From contig CAZZJO010000007.1 of NCBI GenBank assembly GCA_964654645.1, positions 33,706 through 97,705 of the forward strand: a stretch of 64,000 bases of DNA. Reading direction: 5' to 3'. Origin of the DNA: an uncultured Verrucomicrobiota bacterium (lineage in GTDB: Bacteria; Verrucomicrobiota; Verrucomicrobiia; Limisphaerales; CAZZJO01). Below, piece by piece: positions 10,588 through 20,392 of this stretch (the stretch's first letter is position 1; every line of letters begins with the position of its first letter). Under the pieces are notes generated by a model. It made no database searches, was not told where the DNA came from, and was given only the letters and a program-made list of their open reading frames with translations. A program made the translations under genes and the position numbers.

Positions 10588-10717
10588 CAGTCTTCCTCGC
10601 ACTAACCTCCAAGCAAAAAAGCAATATAGTAGGAAGTTTTTGACCCGCTAAGCCCACAAACAAATTCGCCTGGAAAATTTGTTGTCAGGCACCATAAAAT
10701 TTGGCAATTAAGCAATA

Positions 10718-11575
10718 ATGAAAGGGCCAATCAAAGTATACTTTGCGTTTCTGCTGAGTGCAGTTACCTCGTGTGTCTGTGCGTCTACCAATTCCCCTGG
10801 GTTCGCCTCCGAAATGGAGAAATACAGCTACGCAATTGGAATGCAATTAGGGCAAACATACAAAAGCTTAGAATTCCAAGTTGACCTCGATGCTTTAATG
10901 CAAGGCCTCAAAGATGCCCTACATAGCAACGAAACCCGGCTAACAGAGCAAGAAATGCGTGAAACCCTCATGCAAGCCCAGCAAATGGTTGTGTCAAACA
11001 AAGAATTCAAGCTTAAGGCTATTGCCAAAGAAAATAAGGAAAAAGCAGAGCGTTTTCTTGCCGAAAACAAACAGAAGCCCGGCATCGTAACCCTACCTAG
11101 TGGATTGCAATACAGGATCATAAATGAAGGCCAAGGAACTCCGCCCGGACCAGAAGACCTAGTGACCGTAAACTATGTGGGACGTTTATTGGACGGTACT
11201 GAATTTGATAGCAGCTTCAAAAGGGGTCAACCTGCGACCTTCCCACTCGCAGGCGTAATCTCTGGATGGCGTGAGGCACTTCAATTAATGAAGCCTGGAT
11301 CAAAATGGGAACTATTTATACCACCCGAATTGGCTTATGGTGAGCGCGGTCGCCCCAATATCCCACCCAATTCTCTCTTAATCTTCGAGGTCGAACTAAT
11401 CTCAAACACCCCTCCTGTAAAGGCTGAATCATCACCCGCTTTGCCTGAGCGGAAACAACTCACAAGCGACATAATTAAGGTCCCCTCTATGGAAGAGATG
11501 AAAAAGGGAGCCAAAATCGAAATCATTAAGGCCGAAGAACTAGAAAAACTTACGAACCACCCTACAAATAAATAG
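10718..11575 (+). CDS. FKBP-type peptidyl-prolyl cis-trans isomerase (FkpA/Mip-like), secreted
   Basis: Signal peptide, an FKBP_N-like helical region, then the FKBP core (VTVNYVGRLLDGTEFDSS...LIFEVELI). Confidence 0.85.
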   Translation: MKGPIKVYFAFLLSAVTSCVCASTNSPGFASEMEKYSYAIGMQLGQTYKSLEFQVDLDALMQGLKDALHSNETRLTEQEMRETLMQAQQMVVSNKEFKLKAIAKENKEKAERFLAENKQKPGIVTLPSGLQYRIINEGQGTPPGPEDLVTVNYVGRLLDGTEFDSSFKRGQPATFPLAGVISGWREALQLMKPGSKWELFIPPELAYGERGRPNIPPNSLLIFEVELISNTPPVKAESSPALPERKQLTSDIIKVPSMEEMKKGAKIEIIKAEELEKLTNHPTNK

Positions 11576-11613
11576 CGCGTTAAGCGTTTGGTCTGCAAAA
11601 TCTTCAGTCACAA

Positions 11614-11662
11614 CCACACATCGCCTTAATCATATGTGTGGCTTTAAGCTTTGCTTTTCTTT
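11614..11662 (+). terminator. Possible intrinsic terminator after the FKBP gene
   Basis: 8-bp stem CCACACAT (11614-11621) / ATGTGTGG (11634-11641) with a 12-nt loop, followed by T-rich CTTTAAGCTTTGCTTTTCTTT. Confidence 0.35.
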
Positions 11663-12064
11663 AAAAGCAACCCAAGGGTATTTTAAAGTCCTCTTTCGCT
11701 CGCCAATGTATTAAACTAAAAACATTTTCTTTCTATGTTTATAAAATTTCAGCACTGTAAAGAACCGGAACAACCAACTACCGATCCACACCCAAGCATA
11801 ATTAAAGCTGCACCAGGAAATAGTTTGCGCGCATAATAAAGCTCATAACACGAAACGCGAACTCTTTGCGTTCCAACCAATAAGTTTACCACAAATTTGC
11901 AGCGAATTACTGAAGCCAAATATCACAAGAGCCCGCAAAAAGTTTACGGCGAGAGCTAAAAACGAGTTTTCTAAGCATAAACTTCATACTTTTGTAGGCC
12001 AAGACGCCTATTGACATCGGTAAATAACAACTCCAAACTTACCATGAAAACCCATTGCCACACC

Positions 12065-13492
12065 ATGAAGAGAATTATCTTGCTAGTCGCGTTGCTATTT
12101 CCATCTCTGACCCTAGCCCAACCTAAGATCGTCATTTACAAACAAAATTTTGCCATCGTTACAGAACCAATAACACTTACCACATCTCGGGCGGAGACCT
12201 ACCTAGTTCTTACGAATTTACCGGCAACTGTGGATCCGCGGACCCTCATCCTTACTCATCCGTCTAAGCCCGATACGATAAAAATACTTGAATGTGAATC
12301 CTTAACAAGACCTGTGGATGAAACATCCCTACTGCAATTGTATGAGGGCAAGGTACTGGATTTTGAAACTATAAACCCGACTACAGGCGAACGACGCATC
12401 ATCCGCGGACGTTTAATCCGGGCCCCGTACACCCCAGTAGAAGGACACCCCTTGTGGGACGCCATCGTTGAATTGGAAGGCAAAATAAGATTTGGTCTTC
12501 CGGGTAAACCGCTATTCGACCCTACAATTTTATCAACCTCCGTAAAGCCAATTACAATGCTAAAAATCAAGGTGCCGCAGCCAGGCCGGTACCAATGCGA
12601 GTTATGTTACGAAGCAACAGGGTTTGGGTGGGAATCCATTTACGTGATAAATTTAGAAAGTGAAACGTCTGCTTCCCTAATAGCTCAGGCAATGATCAAA
12701 AACGATACTACCAAAGATTTCTATCAAAGCCAGGTAACACTCCTTGCAGGCGAAATACACAGGCCCAGACCTCCAACCTATCCAGCCAGACGCGCAATTA
12801 TGCCCATGGCAACAGCCGCTGGAGAAACCGTGGATGAAACATATCCAACACCCGAGTTCGAATACTACAAATTTCAATTCCCGTACCTCGTTTCAATTTG
12901 TGCGGGCCAAACGAAGTTATACGAACTCTTTAGGTTTCCCAATATGAAAGGCCGTATTATCTATATTTTTCAACCCCAAAGGTATTTTGAACAAATGGCG
13001 TCAAAAAGAATTTTTGCCACGATCTCACTAGAAACCACAAACAAGGTAGAATTCGGGTTGGGCCAACCACTCCCAAGTGGACTTGTTAAAGCATACTCGA
13101 AATCAGCTGATGGCACTACCACGCTAATTGGCGAATGTATGATGCCTGATACACCTGAGAATGAACAAATGAAACTGACTCTGGGGCTGGCATTTGATTT
13201 GACAATGGAACGCAAAATACTTAGTGAGACTAGCATTGTGGGCACAGAACCTTCAAGTATAGGCCCTAGAGTTGAAAAGCTAGTTGAACTCGTGATAAAT
13301 AATGCAAAGACTAATGCTGTCCAGGTAAAAGTATTCGAGCCTCTGGAATATCCCCGGTGGCGTATCGTTAACTCTTCCCACCCATTTACTCGCGTAGATG
13401 CGCAAACTGTTCTGTTTGAACCTACAATACCGGTAGCCAGCAAAACGACAATTTCCTACACAGTCAGATATAACGACCCTAAAGACCGATAA
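12065..13492 (+). CDS. Secreted DUF4140/DUF4139-like (MuiA-like) protein
   Basis: Signal peptide MKRIILLVALLFPSLTLAQP. The N-terminal pattern (KIVIYKQNFAIVTEPITL...LTNLPATVDPRTLIL) resembles the DUF4140/4139 family from memory. Alternative starts are ATG 12044 and TTG 12011. Confidence 0.5.
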   Translation: MKRIILLVALLFPSLTLAQPKIVIYKQNFAIVTEPITLTTSRAETYLVLTNLPATVDPRTLILTHPSKPDTIKILECESLTRPVDETSLLQLYEGKVLDFETINPTTGERRIIRGRLIRAPYTPVEGHPLWDAIVELEGKIRFGLPGKPLFDPTILSTSVKPITMLKIKVPQPGRYQCELCYEATGFGWESIYVINLESETSASLIAQAMIKNDTTKDFYQSQVTLLAGEIHRPRPPTYPARRAIMPMATAAGETVDETYPTPEFEYYKFQFPYLVSICAGQTKLYELFRFPNMKGRIIYIFQPQRYFEQMASKRIFATISLETTNKVEFGLGQPLPSGLVKAYSKSADGTTTLIGECMMPDTPENEQMKLTLGLAFDLTMERKILSETSIVGTEPSSIGPRVEKLVELVINNAKTNAVQVKVFEPLEYPRWRIVNSSHPFTRVDAQTVLFEPTIPVASKTTISYTVRYNDPKDR

Positions 13493-13749
13493 CCTACCAC
13501 GCGCGATATCAAGTGAAATAGCAATGGTTCCCAAATGTTATTGCAAGACATCTGTTTCGTTAGCGTTCTGTCGTAAGTAAGGCTAAATTCACCTTATAAA
13601 TCAACACTCAGTTAAATCAAACCTGTCACAACCCTAACAAAGGATAAACTGATGTGGAAATTTTCCGAAATTCTAGAACTTAATCCATTCCTATTCTCTG
13701 GCACCTTGTCCTACCTTGGGCAGTTAGAAACCAATGAGATATAGCAGGC

Positions 13750-15633
13750 TCATTTGCGTGTGTATGTTAAGCCATAACCGTAGGAATAAAGTGGTTCATA
13801 TTTCTCATCCCCTACATTGATAGGAATTTGGTTCATATCTCGGGGCCAACTAAATGGAAGCCTACCACGAGGCGCAAATTTACCAAATAACACGTCGGCA
13901 ACCCCCGCTCCTTCAGTACCAGGGAGCCATGCCACTAAAATAGCATCACACAAATCATTCACTTCTCCCAAAATTAATGGCCTGCCACATATTAAAATTA
14001 ACACTACGCTGGCACCAGTTTTCTTAGCTTCCCGTACTAACTGGACCTCTCTCTTAGACAATCGCAGATCCTTTCTATCTCCTTTACCTTCGGCATAGGG
14101 CAATTCCCCTAATACAACCACAATTACATCTGAAGGGGGCAAGTTTGTTCCCACAGGATCGTAGACTATTTGGTAATCTTTACCACCTACTTGGCGCATT
14201 CCTTCGAGTATCGTTGTTCCCCCGTTTATCACTTTTCCTGGTTTTCCTTGCCACGCAATAGTCCAGCCCCCGCATTGCACTCCTAGGTCATCAGCCGCTT
14301 GCCCAACTACGCAAATGCGCATTCCTTTTCTTTTAAGGGGTAGAACCTCACCATCATTTTTTAACAAGACAAGCGACTCCCTAACGCACTGGCGTGCTAC
14401 ATCTCTATGGGCTGCGCATCCGACCTTGGGTAAAAGTGCCCGATCTGCAAAAGGTCTCTCCCATAATCCCAACTCCTTCTTGACCCGCAAAATCCGGATC
14501 ACGGCATCGTCAATTCGTGCCATGGGTACTCGACCTTCTGCCACTAATTCTTTCAGCAGCTGGATGAACCGTACATACCCAGTGGGATGGCCAGCGCCAT
14601 GTGGGATCATAAACATATCCAATCCCGCATTAACCGAAGTTTCAATCTGCTGCTTGAAATCTCCAGGTAGCTGCTCAATAGCTGCCCAATCTGTAATCAA
14701 AAATCCTTTAAATCCTATTTCCCCTTTCAAAACATCGGTCAACAGGTACTTATTCATGTGCATTTTAACCCCATTCCAACTGCTATAAGAGACCATAATC
14801 GAACCTACTCCTGCTTGAACTGCGTGCACATATGGCAAAAGAAATAACCTGCGTAATGTTGCCTCGTCACATACAGTATCCCCTTGGTCCACCCCATCTA
14901 ACGTCCCCCCGTCCCCAAGATAATGCTTTGCACACGCCAGAACAGCTGTCCTATTTTTCAAATTCTTAGTTTGAAACCCTCGAATCGCAGCCTCACCTAA
15001 CTTACCAACCACTTCTGGATCTTCAGAATAACTTTCGTAGGTCCGGCCCCAGCGCTCATCTCGAGCCACAATTACTGCAGGAGCAAAAGTCCACCTAATT
15101 CCAGTCGCACTCATTTCAATTGCAGTAACCCGAGCCGCTTTTTCAACAAGTTTAGAATTGCGGGTTGCACCTAATCCAATGTTGTGCGGAAATATTACAG
15201 CTCCATCGACATTGTTGTGACCATGGACTGCATCTATCCCGTATAATAAAGGTATTCCTAACCGAGTCTTCAGCGCGTAGGATTGCAACTCGTCAACAGT
15301 CTCCGCCCATCCTTTGGGCGAGATATCGCTAGGATCTGAATCACCCCCGCTTAACACAGATCCAATGCCATAACGTGTGATGTCGGTCTTATCTTTAATT
15401 GCAAGAAGATCAACCTGGACCATCTGTCCTATTTTTTCTTCCAAAGTCATCTTTGCTACAAACTCACGAGCCCAGCGATCCACGTAACTATTTTCCTTCA
15501 TGAATTGATGTGTCTGCGACATCACGGTTGAGCGCCCCACGAAAAATAGGGAAAGGCCAAGACAATTTGCTAACACGTGGATTGTACTCGTTAACCTTTT
15601 CATACATGCAGTATTTTGGGTGGGGGTTTTCAT
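13750..15633 (-). CDS. Glycoside hydrolase family 3 (beta-glucosidase/BglX-like), secreted
   Basis: EKIGQMVQV, GIDAVHGHN, KHYLGDGGT and the catalytic-Asp motif GFLITDW, followed by the C-terminal GH3 domain. Confidence 0.85.
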   Translation of the reverse strand: MKTPTQNTACMKRLTSTIHVLANCLGLSLFFVGRSTVMSQTHQFMKENSYVDRWAREFVAKMTLEEKIGQMVQVDLLAIKDKTDITRYGIGSVLSGGDSDPSDISPKGWAETVDELQSYALKTRLGIPLLYGIDAVHGHNNVDGAVIFPHNIGLGATRNSKLVEKAARVTAIEMSATGIRWTFAPAVIVARDERWGRTYESYSEDPEVVGKLGEAAIRGFQTKNLKNRTAVLACAKHYLGDGGTLDGVDQGDTVCDEATLRRLFLLPYVHAVQAGVGSIMVSYSSWNGVKMHMNKYLLTDVLKGEIGFKGFLITDWAAIEQLPGDFKQQIETSVNAGLDMFMIPHGAGHPTGYVRFIQLLKELVAEGRVPMARIDDAVIRILRVKKELGLWERPFADRALLPKVGCAAHRDVARQCVRESLVLLKNDGEVLPLKRKGMRICVVGQAADDLGVQCGGWTIAWQGKPGKVINGGTTILEGMRQVGGKDYQIVYDPVGTNLPPSDVIVVVLGELPYAEGKGDRKDLRLSKREVQLVREAKKTGASVVLILICGRPLILGEVNDLCDAILVAWLPGTEGAGVADVLFGKFAPRGRLPFSWPRDMNQIPINVGDEKYEPLYSYGYGLTYTRK

Positions 15634-15730
15634 TTGTTTTTACAAGCTTTTTGGACGCTGTAAAAAATACCGTTGCTTGAATTGTTGTTCAACAGACTAA
15701 GAATCGAACTATCCGTGATCAAACCAACAG

Positions 15731-16306
15731 TCACTGTAACCACTGAAAAATTTTATTCAGTGACATATTTGATACTGTGATCACGGCCCCGGGACCAATA
15801 CCATTTTTTCGGAACCATCCTTTAGGCACCTCAAGGCAAAATTGGACATCTGATGAATACGATTCTACTCCACGCATGTCGCCTGGCTCTAACTCAGCCA
15901 CTTCTAAAATCCGCCCGTTAGGGTCAATGAAAGCGATCGACAACGGCACGTAACAATTCCGGGCATAAAAATTACGCCTGGCGGGTTCTTTAAAAACAAA
16001 AAGCATGCCTGTACCTTCAGGCACATTAGTTCTGTACATCATTCCTGTTGCAATCTCATGCGACTTCGCAGCAATTTCCGCTACTAACTCTACTCCATTA
16101 ACCCTCAACGTAACCGTTGGAAGATTCGTTAACGGCCTAAGTAAATGGCCGTAAACCGGATCGATTGCTTCAGTCTCGTGGGCTTGGTGGTGCCGCTCTG
16201 CCCTACACCCCAATAATCCTCCCATCACAAATATCATTACCAACCATTGCCACAAGGCAGTAATAACTCGCCGAGACACTAAACCATTGTTCTCATTTTG
16301 CCGCAC
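15731..16306 (-). CDS. DUF192 domain protein
   Basis: GMMYRTNVPEGTGMLFVF...PLSIAFIDPNGRI is typical of DUF192/COG1430. Its start is 13 nt downstream of glnA on the same strand. Confidence 0.7.
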   Translation of the reverse strand: MRQNENNGLVSRRVITALWQWLVMIFVMGGLLGCRAERHHQAHETEAIDPVYGHLLRPLTNLPTVTLRVNGVELVAEIAAKSHEIATGMMYRTNVPEGTGMLFVFKEPARRNFYARNCYVPLSIAFIDPNGRILEVAELEPGDMRGVESYSSDVQFCLEVPKGWFRKNGIGPGAVITVSNMSLNKIFQWLQ

Positions 16307-16319
16307 GACTCATTCAACT

Positions 16320-17654
16320 CTATAAGATCGGCAAGTACTTCTGTAGTTCATAAGGATGTACCAACACACGATACTCATCCCACTCCTTCCGTTTACTTTG
16401 TATTAGCTGTTCAAATATGTGATCACCTAAAGCCTCCCTTAAAAGCTCACTTTTCTCAGCTATTTCAATTGCCTCTATCAAACTTCCAGGCAACTCTTCT
16501 ATCCCAAGCTTGGCTCTCTCTTCAGGTGTTAAATGGTAAACATCTAACTCTGTCGGGTCACACAATTTGTATTTCTTTTCAATACCCCTCAGCCCCGCGT
16601 ACAACATACACGTGAACGCCAAATAAGGATTGCATGCAGGATCAGGCGAACGTAACTCTATCCTAGTTGCTTTTTCCTTTCCGGGCTTGTACATCGGTAT
16701 CCTGATTAACGCAGACCGGTTTCGCCGAGCCCAACATATGTAAACGGGCGCTTCAAACCCTGGTACCAAACGCTTGTACGAATTCACCCACTGGTTCAAC
16801 ACTAGTGTAATCTCTTTTATGTGCCTAAGTAAACCAGCTGTGTATGCTTTGGCCACGTCCGACAAATGATATTTATCATTCGGATCAAAAAAGGCGTTTC
16901 GATCCCCCTTAAATAGCGACTGATGAGTATGCATCCCACTACCATTTACCCCGTAAATCGGCTTTGGCATAAATGAAGCAAATAAACCATACTTTTTCGC
17001 CACCTCCTTCACTACAACTCTATAGGTCATGACCATGTCTGCCATCTCTAATGCATCTGCATATCGAAGATCTATCTCGTGCTGCGATGGTGAGACTTCA
17101 TGATGAGAATACTCTACACGGATGCCCATTGTCTCAAGCGCTTGGATCGTTTCTAACCGCAAATTCTCAGCGGCGTCTAATGGGTAATCAAAGTAACCCG
17201 CTTCGTCCAAAATCTCGGTCCCTTGATTCGATTTAAAATAAAAATACTCCAGCTCTGGCCCCAGATAAAAATTTGTGAATCCCATCCGTTTCATCCGCTC
17301 TAGTCCACGTTTCAGCACATACCTGGGGTCTCCTTTGTAAGGTGAGCCGTCCGGATTCAAAATATCACAAAAAAGCCGCGCCATTACATTTTCGCCTTGG
17401 CTCCAAGGCAACAAAGCAAATGTACTCGGGTCTGGGCGCGCCACCATATCACTTTCATCAATCCTCGCAAACCCCTTTATTGACGACCCATCAAACCCCA
17501 TTCCCTCATCAAGAGCATGCGCCAACTCATCCACATGGATTGTCATACTCTTGAGCTGCCCGTGTATATCCGCAAACCAAAGCTGCACAAACCTTACTTT
17601 GTGCTCATTCACCAGCTCAAGCACATCCTTCTTATCACGTGGCTTTGAATTCAT
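16320..17654 (-). CDS. glnA: Glutamine synthetase, type I
   Basis: VRFVQLWFADIHGQLKS, GFDGSSI, NGSGMHTHQSLF and RIELRSPD. The tracked ORF runs to 17939, but ATG 17654 (MNSKPRDKK...) gives the normal 444-aa protein. Confidence 0.9.
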   Translation of the reverse strand: MNSKPRDKKDVLELVNEHKVRFVQLWFADIHGQLKSMTIHVDELAHALDEGMGFDGSSIKGFARIDESDMVARPDPSTFALLPWSQGENVMARLFCDILNPDGSPYKGDPRYVLKRGLERMKRMGFTNFYLGPELEYFYFKSNQGTEILDEAGYFDYPLDAAENLRLETIQALETMGIRVEYSHHEVSPSQHEIDLRYADALEMADMVMTYRVVVKEVAKKYGLFASFMPKPIYGVNGSGMHTHQSLFKGDRNAFFDPNDKYHLSDVAKAYTAGLLRHIKEITLVLNQWVNSYKRLVPGFEAPVYICWARRNRSALIRIPMYKPGKEKATRIELRSPDPACNPYLAFTCMLYAGLRGIEKKYKLCDPTELDVYHLTPEERAKLGIEELPGSLIEAIEIAEKSELLREALGDHIFEQLIQSKRKEWDEYRVLVHPYELQKYLPIL

Positions 17655-17922
17655 AGCTGTGTATAAACTAAATAATGCATGTTTTTGAGCAATAAACTTT
17701 TTATAGAACTCATGGCGCATATATTTGTAGTGGTAGCGCCCTTTACATGGCCAGGTACAACTTAACCTGTTCGGACCGTCCGCTAGACATTCATAAGCCA
17801 TCATTGGTGTGAGCTTAATTTTTGCAGAATCTACCCCCTTAAAACTTATAAATCGAGCTTTTCTACACGTTTCCATTAAACCATGTAAAGCAAAGGTACG
17901 TAATTGGGGCACTACAGTTCCC

Positions 17923-17938
17923 TGGCTCTTTTTTTGCA
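17923..17938 (+). promoter_or_regulatory. Candidate sigma-54 (-24/-12) promoter oriented toward selD
   Basis: TGGCTC-TTTTT-TTGCA compared with consensus TGGCAC-N5-TTGCW. The GG-to-GC spacing is exact, and the element is 145 nt upstream of the selD ATG. Confidence 0.3.
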
Positions 17939-18082
17939 AACCATCGATTTACTAACACATAACCATGAACCACAAATTGTGGGGAAGAACCAGAACTTAA
18001 ACTGCTAATGTTTGTTCCAGCCAACCCAACAACTACAAATTTCTTGTAGAAAGCGGTTCAGACTTAGTATTTCTTCGTAGTC

Positions 18083-19702
18083 ATGGGAAAGGTTGACAAT
18101 GAAAAGAGGCGCCGAGTAATGACCCGCTCCCGGGCGTTGGGACACTGTATATGTAATCCTCGCCAGCCATGTCCATGCGAGACATTTAAAAATTTTGGTG
18201 TTTGCACGTGTGCAGGAGAGAAAATTGAGTCGGCCTTAAAAGAAGAGGTAAAGCTCACCCAACTCGTCCACAACCCAGGATGTGCATCTAAAATCCCCCC
18301 CGGGGAACTCGAATCAATACTAATGCGACTTCGCCCTGTTAAAGACCCTAACGTAATTTCAGGCCTAGCAGCCGGCGACGATGCAGCAATATATCGGGTT
18401 TCAGAAACTGTCCACCTAGTGGAAACAGTAGACGTGTTTACGCCGTGTGTAGACGATGCCCGTACATTTGGCCGCATTTGTGCAGCTAACTGCCTCTCTG
18501 ACATCTACGCAATGGGTGGCAAACCTCTTACAGCTTTAAGCATCGTGGGATTTCCAATCGACACGATCCACCCAAATGTGCTTTACCATATGCTTGATGG
18601 AGCAATGGAAACATTCGAAGAAACGAGTGTAGCGCTGATTGGTGGTCATAGCTTTAAAGACAACGAAATTAAGCTTGGGTTCGCTATAGTCGGGGTTATT
18701 GACCCAATTCTTGCCCAGGAGTTGGACAAACCACAACCCGGAGACATTCTAGTACTTACAAAACCCCTTGGCACAGGAATCCTTACATTTGCCAGACAAA
18801 TTGGAAGGACATATGAGGTCGGACTCAACCAAGCAATTGAAGCCATGTGTCGCTTAAACAACTCAGCGGCTGAGGCAATGATTGCAGCAGGTGCTTCAGG
18901 GGCTGTTGATATAACCGGTTTCGGTTTATTTGGACATCTAATCCGGCTACTACGCCAAAAGCAATTAGGTGCAAGGCTTTTCGCTAATCAAATACCTGCT
19001 TTTGACCAGGTTCTTGAGGCTATTCGGGCTGGTGTCGTGCCCGGCGCAACGGAACGGAACCGCGAGTTTGTGGGCGAGGATCTTATAGTTGACAATGGTG
19101 TGGACGAAGAATGGATCTGGTTGGGGTACGATCCGCAAACGTCAGGTGGTCTTCTAATCACCATATCACCAAACAAGTTGGATAAGTTATTGCACGAGCT
19201 TGTAAGCCGAGGGGATCAAGGGTTCGTCATCGGTGAACTTACAGAAGAACCACCAGCAAAAATCATTTTAACCACTCAAGCAAAAAAGTTTCGAACTTAT
19301 TCCACGTTGGGATATTATGATACAGACATGAATACGAATCCGAATGTCTCTGATCAAAAATGCTGTTGTGGGAATGGGACCTCATCAACAACCGGGTCCC
19401 AAGCCTTAACCTCGCAAAAAATATACGTCGACTTCCTCAAAAGCGTTGCAAGTGCTGGTGTCTTGGACCCAAAAACCAAGGAACTGATTCTCCTTGCTCT
19501 AGTTATAATGGCTAGGTGTGAGCCTTGCATCCAAGCACACTATAAGAAGGCTACTCAAATGGGTATATCACAGGCTGAAATTGACGAGGTTGCTTGGTGC
19601 GCAATTGCAATGGGTGGAGCTCCCGTCATGATGTTTTACAATGAATTTAAAAAGAAGCTTGAAAATGGAGAATTAACGAACGCTCCAAGTGCGTGCTGTT
19701 AA
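18083..19702 (+). CDS. selD: Selenide, water dikinase (SelD) fused to an N-terminal Cys cluster and a C-terminal carboxymuconolactone decarboxylase/AhpD-like domain
   Basis: SelD core with the N-terminal NPGCASK loop (the Cys form), AAGDDAA, SDIYAMGG and DITGFGL. The C-terminal domain carries CEPCIQAH (CxxCxxxH). It is a single 539-codon frame. Confidence 0.85.
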   Translation: MGKVDNEKRRRVMTRSRALGHCICNPRQPCPCETFKNFGVCTCAGEKIESALKEEVKLTQLVHNPGCASKIPPGELESILMRLRPVKDPNVISGLAAGDDAAIYRVSETVHLVETVDVFTPCVDDARTFGRICAANCLSDIYAMGGKPLTALSIVGFPIDTIHPNVLYHMLDGAMETFEETSVALIGGHSFKDNEIKLGFAIVGVIDPILAQELDKPQPGDILVLTKPLGTGILTFARQIGRTYEVGLNQAIEAMCRLNNSAAEAMIAAGASGAVDITGFGLFGHLIRLLRQKQLGARLFANQIPAFDQVLEAIRAGVVPGATERNREFVGEDLIVDNGVDEEWIWLGYDPQTSGGLLITISPNKLDKLLHELVSRGDQGFVIGELTEEPPAKIILTTQAKKFRTYSTLGYYDTDMNTNPNVSDQKCCCGNGTSSTTGSQALTSQKIYVDFLKSVASAGVLDPKTKELILLALVIMARCEPCIQAHYKKATQMGISQAEIDEVAWCAIAMGGAPVMMFYNEFKKKLENGELTNAPSACC

Positions 19703-20020
19703 TTCTTCAAATATGTGTTTTTATAAGGAAGGTCTTACACTCATTACGTTATTCGAGCAACTGGGTGTTACGTTTTTGCCTGCGCTCAAAAGGTTGAAAC
19801 CTGTAAGCCCGCTTTGCCTGCCGCTGGGATAAATGTATTTAAACGGTTAATTACTGCGCCCCTTGACCTAAGCTAAGTTGTTCTTATTAACCGAATAACA
19901 GGGAAAAATTTAAGAGGAATACGGATCAGTCCGCACCTTTAGCTATTGTCATTCAAATTGGTCCGCGAAGAGCACTGGTCTTTACAGACAGTCCCGACTA
20001 CTGAAATGGCTTTGTAACAA

Positions 20021-20392
20021 CTATTCCAATTTATGCCCTAAATTCGATAATGAACAGGTGGGCCGTTCGCCCACGATTGTAATATTGTACTCCCCACCTC
20101 CAGGGCAAATGGGTTTGCGGTCAAATCTAATATATGGCATCAAGTCCGGCCAATCCACACGCTCACCCGTACCTTTGTTCGTTTCTAGAGCCCACAACTG
20201 AATGCTCTGATCTATTATGCGCAAGTTGTCAATACACAAACGCCGTTGTGTTTCCAGACGGGCATGAATTATGCCTGGGATACATATCGTCGCTAGCATC
20301 CCCAAAATTGCCACAACAATGATAATTTCCACCAACGTAAACCCTTCGTGGAGCCTTCCTGTTTTTGAAGGATTTACCAATCTTGAAACCAT
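20021..20392 (-). CDS. Prepilin-type N-terminal cleavage/methylation domain protein (pseudopilin-like)
   Basis: GFTLVEIIIVVAILGMLA is the class III signal peptide motif. The protein is 123 aa. Confidence 0.8.
   Translation of the reverse strand: MVSRLVNPSKTGRLHEGFTLVEIIIVVAILGMLATICIPGIIHARLETQRRLCIDNLRIIDQSIQLWALETNKGTGERVDWPDLMPYIRFDRKPICPGGGEYNITIVGERPTCSLSNLGHKLE

Noticed and set aside
17655-17939. N-terminal extensions in the ORF track: glnA to 17939, hypE to 48501, SDR to 61143, LarA-like to 62455, ldh from 2034, and ridA from 46103.
   Set aside because: The extensions have no homology-like character. They overlap upstream genes or regulatory regions, and internal ATGs give N-termini that match the respective families.
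18083-19702. Selenocysteine recoding (in-frame TGA) in selD, the AhpD-like domain or neighbouring genes.
   Set aside because: The SelD active loop and the CxxC motif are encoded by Cys codons. I found no pair of same-frame ORFs separated by a single TGA in the window, and saw no SECIS-like context.
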